DNA from: Nitrospirota bacterium
Lineage (GTDB): Bacteria > Nitrospirota > Thermodesulfovibrionia > Thermodesulfovibrionales > Dissulfurispiraceae
Reading direction: 5' to 3'
Assembly: GCA_963710375.1 (NCBI GenBank)
Contig: CAVPZX010000005.1
Location: 192,001 to 256,000 of the forward strand
Length of the DNA stretch: 64,000 nt
The notes beneath the pieces were generated by a model. It was given only the letters and a program-made list of their open reading frames with translations, was not told the DNA's origin and did no database searches. Position numbers and translations under genes: made by a program. This document shows, piece by piece, positions 57,149-64,000 of the stretch (position 1 is its first letter; each line of letters opens with the position of its first letter).

Positions 57149-59170
57149 ATGAAACTACACGATAAAAAAACGGTCATTATCGATCTATGGGAAACACTTA
57201 TCTTCGGCACCGAAGACTCCGCTATTTCTATATTTTATAAGAAAATTACCGGTGAAGACATATCTCCCGAGCAGATAAGAAACTGCCTGCTCATAGGAGA
57301 GTCCGAACCACGGGCATTTCTTCAAAAGTTTCTCGAATTGGTGACGCCGTCAAACCTGCCGTCAATGCTTCTGGCTGTAAAGAACCCCAAGTCCCCTATG
57401 CACGCTAAAATACTGAAACAGTTCAACGAACACGTCGCAGATACGTTTAGGGGTATACGTTGGGCGCCGGGTGCAATAGAGCTGCTTGAGTTGCTGCGTA
57501 GTAAAAACTACCGAATCATCATTGTCTCTAACGTCTGGGCCTACCAGAAGGATTTTTTCGTCAATGAACTACGCCTTGGAGAGTATGTTGACCTGTGGCT
57601 TTTCTCATGCGATATGGGAATCAACAAGGACCGGATACTCCAAAAGCTCCCTGAAGTAGCGGGCGTCAAGCCGGGAGATGCGATCTATGTAGGGAAGTCT
57701 TATGAATACGATATAATACCCGCGGTCAATGCAAACCTGAGCGCTTTGCGGGTTGCGGATGAAAACAACATAATCGACCCTGAAAAACTCAGTCTCCTGA
57801 TAAAGGAGGAGCTAGACGGCAAGGCAGCAAACGCTGCGGCGAAATTTCCGCTGTCTTCCGACGCTAAAGACGTTTTGATAGTGGTGCCACCCTTTTACAA
57901 GCTCCTCGGGAGCCACAACAACAGGCTGAACCTTTCAGCGGCCTCTCTGTCTTCATACCTGTCCCATCTGGGATATGACAGCACCATATATCATGCAGAT
58001 TCGAGGAATCATGAAAACTATATCACGCGCTACCAGATGGTTTTCAATTCGATAGAATTTTACGAGGCCCTTGAAAAAGAGGAGGCCTACGACGAATTCG
58101 AGGATTATTACGCTGCTAATAAAGCGGACACAGTGTTTGTAACTTGCGGCGACCTCCTGAACCCATCCTTCGACAGCGGAAACTGGGATTCCACCAATAA
58201 AATAGCGAAGATAGTCCGCAGAATAAATCCAAAGGCATATGTTATCGCTATAGGACCGGAGATAGGAAGGCAGTCCAAAGACTTCGACCTTGTTGTTGAG
58301 GGAGAAATAGAGAACACGCTGCAGTCAATCATGGAGAAGCGTATTCGTGGTCGCGTGTCAGGCACGCTTCTGGCTGAAGGCAAATTTAAGGACGTGCCGC
58401 TGTTCGATATGAAGAAGATAGTGACTCCGGTTTCGCCGGTCTCACTGGACACCATAATATGGCGCAGAGGATGCGCCGGGACCTGTAGCTTTTGCAGGGT
58501 AGCTCAAATAAACAGGGGCCTGATACGCTACCGCACGATGGATTCAGTGTTCGAGGACATCGCGGTGCGCTATAACGGCCTGGGGATACGCAACTTTTAC
58601 ATCGTCAACGCCAATTTCACGTCACACAAAGAGCTTGTCATGGATTTCTGCAAGCGGCTATCCTCTGAATTTCCCGGGATAAGGTGGAGGACAGAGAGCA
58701 GGTTCGACACGCTCGACGAGGAGCTGCTCGGCGTGATGAAGGACTCAGGCTGCACACACCTCAAGCTTGGACTCGAGAACGCCCTGAGCGAGAGACATCA
58801 GGTCAAGACAAAAAAGGTGAACCTCCAGCTCGCATCGCAATGGATAAAGACAATCCAGGGGACCGGCATAAAGTGTGTTATTTATCTAATGCTCGGCGGA
58901 AAATGGTTTACACACAGCCAGTATGAACAAATGTACGAAAACGCCAGGTCGCTGAACGCGGACGGCTATACAGTAAGTCTTTACAACCCGTACCCCGACA
59001 CGCCTGCGGGTATAACTCATGAGGAGTGGTCGAGAAGAAAGTTCATAGGCAGTCATCTCGACATAAGGTTGATCGATTTCTGGAAGATACCAATAGATGT
59101 TTTCGACGCATTTTTTTCCATAGAAATGGCAAATGGACGTGAAGACAAAGACGTGAGGAAGTTCATATAG
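57149..59170 (+). CDS. HAD-like hydrolase domain fused to a radical SAM domain
   Basis: N-terminal IIDLWETL, VSN, YVG.S...DI; C-terminal RRGCAGTCSFC, ESRFD, GLEN, PYPDT. Confidence 0.8.
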   Translation: MKLHDKKTVIIDLWETLIFGTEDSAISIFYKKITGEDISPEQIRNCLLIGESEPRAFLQKFLELVTPSNLPSMLLAVKNPKSPMHAKILKQFNEHVADTFRGIRWAPGAIELLELLRSKNYRIIIVSNVWAYQKDFFVNELRLGEYVDLWLFSCDMGINKDRILQKLPEVAGVKPGDAIYVGKSYEYDIIPAVNANLSALRVADENNIIDPEKLSLLIKEELDGKAANAAAKFPLSSDAKDVLIVVPPFYKLLGSHNNRLNLSAASLSSYLSHLGYDSTIYHADSRNHENYITRYQMVFNSIEFYEALEKEEAYDEFEDYYAANKADTVFVTCGDLLNPSFDSGNWDSTNKIAKIVRRINPKAYVIAIGPEIGRQSKDFDLVVEGEIENTLQSIMEKRIRGRVSGTLLAEGKFKDVPLFDMKKIVTPVSPVSLDTIIWRRGCAGTCSFCRVAQINRGLIRYRTMDSVFEDIAVRYNGLGIRNFYIVNANFTSHKELVMDFCKRLSSEFPGIRWRTESRFDTLDEELLGVMKDSGCTHLKLGLENALSERHQVKTKKVNLQLASQWIKTIQGTGIKCVIYLMLGGKWFTHSQYEQMYENARSLNADGYTVSLYNPYPDTPAGITHEEWSRRKFIGSHLDIRLIDFWKIPIDVFDAFFSIEMANGREDKDVRKFI

Positions 59171-59189
59171 TGACTCTTGACTGCTGCGG

Positions 59190-60191
59190 ATGAAGAAGTT
59201 GAGAGCAGGCATAATCGGCCTCGGGCGAATCGCCTCCCTTTACGAGAAGGACGGGCGGGCAAAAAAATACTACCCGTTTCTGACGCATGCCGGTGCTTAT
59301 TTCAAGCACCCCTCGATCGAGGTCGTCTGCGGCGCCGACATAGACACTAAGCGCCTGCAGGCGTTCCGCAAAATGTGGGGCACAGAGAGACTTTATAGGG
59401 ATTATGAGGAAATGCTCGAAGAGAACATGCTCGATATCCTCAGCATATGCACTCACCCGGAGCTGCATTACCCCATCATTCAATCCGCTGCCGGACGAGC
59501 AGGTGTGATCTTTTGTGAAAAGCCCTTCGCGTTAAACAGCCGGGAGATACGGTCTATAATACGATTGTGCGGAAAGACCGGAACTAAAATTACCGTCAAT
59601 CTTTACCGCGAGTACGACAGGTCCCACGGGGCTGTCAGGACGCTTCTTAAACAGCGCTGTTACGGGGAGCTGCAGAGGATAAACTGCTTTTACGGCAAAG
59701 GACTGAGGAACATGGGTTCCCACATGCTCGGATACCTGATAGGGACGCTGGGGATGCCCGGAAAAATAACTGTGCTCGGCAGACGGCGTTACTCCGGGAT
59801 TGAGGAAGACACCTATGATGTATACCTTGAGTTCAGGGGCGGCATTCCCGCAATGCTCCAGGCATGCGATTTCAATAATTACCGGTTGTTTGAAATGGAT
59901 TTTGTGTGTCAAAGCGGCAGGATACAGATTGCGGACGAGGGGCTTACGTTCCGGTTCTTTGAGTCACGTCCGAACCGCGCTGAAAGCGGCGCCCGCGAAT
60001 TGTTAGAAACGAGGAGGGGCGTGAAAAGCACGATAGGCAATGCGCTGTTTTATGCGGTTGATCACCTTGCCGCGCTGAGCCGGAAGGCCGGGACTAAACC
60101 GATAGTGTCTCCCGAGGCTTATTTAGGGATTCAGAAGGTAATAGAAGAAATTGAACAACAGGGGGGTAAGATGCCGTGTATCCAAAGTTAG
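59190..60191 (+). CDS. Gfo/Idh/MocA oxidoreductase
   Basis: GIIGLGRIA, ICTHPELH, FCEKP. Confidence 0.9.
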   Translation: MKKLRAGIIGLGRIASLYEKDGRAKKYYPFLTHAGAYFKHPSIEVVCGADIDTKRLQAFRKMWGTERLYRDYEEMLEENMLDILSICTHPELHYPIIQSAAGRAGVIFCEKPFALNSREIRSIIRLCGKTGTKITVNLYREYDRSHGAVRTLLKQRCYGELQRINCFYGKGLRNMGSHMLGYLIGTLGMPGKITVLGRRRYSGIEEDTYDVYLEFRGGIPAMLQACDFNNYRLFEMDFVCQSGRIQIADEGLTFRFFESRPNRAESGARELLETRRGVKSTIGNALFYAVDHLAALSRKAGTKPIVSPEAYLGIQKVIEEIEQQGGKMPCIQS

Positions 60192-61462
60192 CTTTGTTAG
60201 GCGGCTCCCCTGTCAGGACGAGAAAATATCCCCCTCATATTACAACAGGAGAGGAAGAGAAAAGGGCCGCAATGAGCGTGCTTGAAAAAGGAGTGTTGTC
60301 TGAGTTTGAAGGTACTAATAATGAATACTTTTCAGGTGGTGAACAGGTAAGGTTTTTGGAGCAGGAATGGGCTGAAAAGTTCTCTGTCAGATACGCAATA
60401 AGTTTCAATTCCGCGACTTCCGCTCTGTACGCCGCAGTCGGAGCTTGCGAGGTTGGACCCGGGGACGAAGTCGTTGTCACGCCTTTTACAATGAGTGCTA
60501 CCGCCACGGCGATTCTCGCTTATAACGCCATCCCCGTTTTCTCGGATGTCGAACTTGAGCATTACAACCTTGATCCGTCGGCGCTGGAAGGCAAAATAAC
60601 TCCCATGACAAAGGCTGTATTCGTAGTTCACATCTTTGGTCACCCGGCTGACATGGACGCAATTTTGGCAATAGCAAAGAAACACAATCTGAGGGTGCTT
60701 GAAGACGCTGCCCAATCTCCCGGCGCCATGTATAACGGGAAGCTGTCAGGGACGATAGGCGATATCGGCGTATATAGCCTTAATTGCAATAAGGTGATCC
60801 AGTGCGGGGAAGGCGGAATAGCTGTGACGAATGACGCTGACCTGGCGGAAAAGCTCAGGCTTATTCGCAACCATGCCGAGGCTGTGATAGCCTCCGGCCG
60901 CAAGGTCAAGGGCCTTGTCAACATGATAGGCTGGAACTACAGGATGACCGAGATCGAGGCAGCCATTGCCAGGGAACAGTTGAAGAAGCTCAACGCTCTG
61001 AATGCTGCACGGCTTGAGCTTGTTATGTATTTGAATGATAAGTTGAAGGACGTGCAGGGAATGAGCATACCGCCGGTGAGAAAAAATTCCACCCATGTTT
61101 ATTACCGGTATGCTCTTAAGATCGACCCGGACATAATTCCCATTAACGCGCCGATTTTTGTGAAGGCATTAAACGCGGAGGGAATGGACTTCTACGTCAG
61201 TTATATGAAGCCGCTGTACCTTCAGCCGCTTTATCAAAACCTGATCGGTTACGGGGACAAGGGTTGCCCGTTTACATGTCCATACTATGAAGGACGGGTG
61301 AATTACTCAAAGGGCATATGTCCGAATGCCGAGAAGTTGGAGGATGTGGTCATTTCCACTGAGATTGTGCGGCCGCCGCAGACCAGGGATGACATGGATG
61401 AGATAGCGGAGGCCGTGGAAAAGGTGCTTCACAATATGGACGACCTGAAGAAATATTCATAA
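60176..61462 (+). CDS. DegT/DnrJ/EryC1 PLP aminotransferase
   Basis: NSATSAL, LEDAAQSPG, SLNCNKVIQCGEGG, GWNYRMTE. Confidence 0.9.
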   Translation: MYPKLALLGGSPVRTRKYPPHITTGEEEKRAAMSVLEKGVLSEFEGTNNEYFSGGEQVRFLEQEWAEKFSVRYAISFNSATSALYAAVGACEVGPGDEVVVTPFTMSATATAILAYNAIPVFSDVELEHYNLDPSALEGKITPMTKAVFVVHIFGHPADMDAILAIAKKHNLRVLEDAAQSPGAMYNGKLSGTIGDIGVYSLNCNKVIQCGEGGIAVTNDADLAEKLRLIRNHAEAVIASGRKVKGLVNMIGWNYRMTEIEAAIAREQLKKLNALNAARLELVMYLNDKLKDVQGMSIPPVRKNSTHVYYRYALKIDPDIIPINAPIFVKALNAEGMDFYVSYMKPLYLQPLYQNLIGYGDKGCPFTCPYYEGRVNYSKGICPNAEKLEDVVISTEIVRPPQTRDDMDEIAEAVEKVLHNMDDLKKYS

Positions 61463-61472
61463 CACTGATGTC

Positions 61473-61609
61473 GAGCAGTCAGGCCACAGTGCTTCAGCTC
61501 ATTCTCGCAAGGCATCCAGCCTTGCTCCGAGGCTATTGCAGCCTGTTCAACCATCCGTGGTTTCTCTTAGGCTGCAAAAGTCCGCTTCAGCACCATGCCC
61601 TGCCTGCTC
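61473..61609. other. Intergenic multi-stem structured sequence (candidate RNA element)
   Basis: Nested stems gagcag/ctgctc, gtgct/agcac, gcaaggc/gccttgc, ttgcagcct/aggctgcaa and aacca-tccg-tggtt. Confidence 0.45.
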
Positions 61610-61649
61610 TTCGATTTTAATTATGAATAGTGTGAGATAGGAGAGAGAC

Positions 61650-62411
61650 GTGTCCAGGAAAAAGGTAAATGCGATTGTGGAAGCGAGGATGGGCTCTACA
61701 AGGCTCCCCGGCAAAACGCTTATGCCGATTGCGGGACAACCCGCTATTAAGCTCCTTCTGGAAAGGCTTCGCCGGGCACATGGGATTGACACTATAGTGC
61801 TTGCCACCACTACTAACCCGGAAGACGATGTTCTTGAGGAGTTCTGCCGAGACAATCAAGTTGTCTGTTTCAGAGGCTCATCAGAGGACGTCCTTGGGCG
61901 GGTACATGCTGCTGCGAAAAAATACGCTACCGACGTCGTCGTGGAGGTGACGGGCGACTGTCCCCTGTTGGACCCCGTGCTCATCGATGAGTGCATAGAT
62001 ATCTTTCTTAAGTCCGACTATGATTATCTGAGCAATTTTCTTGTTCAATCGTATCCGCCTGGAATAGACGTGCAGATATTCACGTTCGATGCCCTGGAGA
62101 AGATGCATTTGTCGGCAAAAAACCCGAAGTTCAGAGAGCATGTCACTTTGTATATAGTTAAACACCCGGAAGAGTTTAAGATGCATAACATTACGGCGCC
62201 GCCGGAACTTCACTTTCCGGATTGGCACCTTGAACTGGATGAGCCTAAAGATTATGAGCTTATAAAGAAGATATACGAAGCGTTATACCCGGACGACCCT
62301 TCTTTCACCACCCAGGCTATCGTAAACTTGCTGAAAGCACACCCCGAGTGGCTTGCGATCAACAGGGACGTGGAGCGGCAGTGGGAAAAGGTAAGGGAAG
62401 AAAATCTGTAG
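61650..62411 (+). CDS. SpsF-like cytidylyltransferase
   Basis: ARMGSTRLPGK, RGSSEDVL.R, TGDCPL.DP, REHVT, LD...DY. Confidence 0.9.
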   Translation: MSRKKVNAIVEARMGSTRLPGKTLMPIAGQPAIKLLLERLRRAHGIDTIVLATTTNPEDDVLEEFCRDNQVVCFRGSSEDVLGRVHAAAKKYATDVVVEVTGDCPLLDPVLIDECIDIFLKSDYDYLSNFLVQSYPPGIDVQIFTFDALEKMHLSAKNPKFREHVTLYIVKHPEEFKMHNITAPPELHFPDWHLELDEPKDYELIKKIYEALYPDDPSFTTQAIVNLLKAHPEWLAINRDVERQWEKVREENL

Positions 62412-62419
62412 GGGGAACA

Positions 62420-63435
62420 ATGAATAAAGTTTTTTCGAGACAGGACAGGTCCAAAACAACAGAGCAATTCAGCTACAAGAAAGACATAATGGAAATCCTC
62501 GCCAAAAATCTCGGCAAGCCGTTTATAGAGTATAGGCAACGGTTTGAGAGGGCGGCTAATTTTGAGGAAGAGCCTCAGTTCCCGATTCATATAGACTTCG
62601 AGACAGTCTTCGGCTGTAATCTCCGTTGCATCATGTGTACTCACTCCTACCGGGAGCTCTTCCCCTCACGCAAGCAGTTTATTGATTTTGAACTGTTTCG
62701 GAAGGTTATTGATGAAGGGGTGCCTTATGGCCTGTCTGCCATAGGACTGGACCAGGAAGGCGACCCTCTATTGGTAAAAAAATTGCGGGAATTTATAGAG
62801 TATGCAAGGGCGAAGGGTATCGTGGATGTAATTTTAAACACCAATGCGCTCTTGCTCGACCGGGAAAGGACTGAGGAGTTGCTTCATTCCGGGCTCACCA
62901 GGATACACTTCTCCCTGGACGCCGTAAAGGAAGAGACATACGACAAAATACGTAGAGGTTCAGACTTCAAGAAGGTCATGGAAAATATTCTCTATTTTTG
63001 TAAAAGAAAGCATGAACTGAAAAAGAGCTGCCTATTACCAGAGTCAGCTTTGTGCGGATGGTCCATAACGAGAAAGAGATAGAATCTTTTGTAGAATTCT
63101 GGACGCCACATGTCGATGCAATCGGGCTGCAGGAATACAATAACCCCTTCCCGGCTATCCCGGAACTGAACCTTTTGTATGCTGCCAACAGGATAAAGAA
63201 CCCCGACTTTAAATGTACGCAGCCGTGGTTCAGAATGGTAATACTGACAGATGGAACAGCATTGCCCTGCTGCCTGCTCGGCATGTCTTTAAAGATGGCT
63301 GTGGGCAACGCGAGCAACGAATCTGTCTACAACATTTGGAACTCGGAGAAAATGAAATACTTGAGAAAACTGCACAAGGACGGCAGATACGGTGAACATG
63401 AAACATGCCGGATTTGTGCTCAGAACTTTGTATAA
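62420..63435 (+). CDS. Radical SAM/SPASM-type protein; -1 frameshift in the A run at 63020-63024
   Basis: CNLRCIMC, GDPLL, NTNA. Adding one A gives LKKELPITRVSFVRM and joins to C.QPW...DG.ALPCC...VGN...IWNS...C..C. Confidence 0.85.
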
Positions 63436-63480
63436 GCATTAGTTTAATACGCGGAATTTGAATGAAGATGCAGATGATGA

Positions 63481-64000
63481 TTGAGCTTTCGAGCAAAAAT
63501 GTTAAAACTGATTAAAGCAAAGGTAAGAAACCTTATATTCCGACAACTTCCCGGATTTTACTGGTTTTATCGCGGACGTAGCTACTATAAGAACAGAGAC
63601 GAGTCTGTATGTGAAAAACTGCTTCATGATGAGATATGTAAAACCGTATTATCATTTCAACCTGCGCGGGTATTGGAATATGGGGTGGGCAACGGTTCGG
63701 TGTTGAACAAGCTTCTGTTAAAGAAACCGGACCTTGCCGGATATGGAATAGACATTTCAAGAAGTCAGATAGGTATAGCACGAAAAAATGCACCAAATGC
63801 AGTATTCCTCGTCAGACTCTTTGCAACAAATTGATTATCCTGACGATTTTTTCGATGTCATCTATGGATTAGGCGTCCTGATGTATCTTAAACCTGAGAC
63901 AAGAGGGAAGTCTTTTCATGAACTGTATCGTGTTTGTGGAAATTATCTTGTGGCAGTCGAATATGTCACTGATTATTTCTCTGAAGATTTATTATCCAGG
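63481..64000 (+). CDS. Class I SAM methyltransferase (frameshift near 63811; runs off window)
   Basis: VLEYGVGNG, GIDIS; the shifted frame continues SDSLQQIDYPDDFFDVIY...VLMYL...ELYRV to the window end. Confidence 0.8.

Overview
Bacterial cell-surface locus with four parts; the host lineage cannot be fixed from this window. (1) 1-10.4 kb: a type II secretion operon (gspE, gspF, pseudopilins, gspK, L/M/C-like genes, lipoprotein secretin gspD), followed by a strongly promoted, Ala/Gly/Ser/Thr/Asn-rich secreted protein that looks like an S-layer subunit and may be its dedicated substrate. (2) 12.7-19.1 kb: a GT-C-like membrane protein and CDP-3,6-dideoxyhexose genes rfbF/G/H, with a four-helix-bundle (IVS-protein family) gene inserted among them. 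(3) 19.1-28.2 kb, minus strand: two GT2 enzymes, a DUF2304-like protein and three tandem TMTC-like (GT-C + TPR) putative protein glycosyltransferases. (4) 28.4-64 kb: a long nonulosonic (legionaminic-type) acid and glycan-tailoring cluster with two NeuB-family synthases, two cytidylyltransferases, two formyltransferase domains, four DegT-type aminotransferases, five radical SAM enzymes, a Maf-like protein and an ABC exporter. The most unusual signal is a family of elements built from degenerate 7-, 8- and 9-nt tandem repeats, often arranged as long inverted arms (hairpins). They lie in intergenic gaps and also in frame inside genes (pseudopilin leaders, gspL, rfbG, rfbH, all three TMTC-like genes), flank the four-helix-bundle gene, avoid in-frame stop codons, and were seen only between 2.8 and 25.8 kb. 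Six apparent small indels break otherwise intact genes and may be sequencing errors. All family assignments come from motif recognition by eye, not from database searches.
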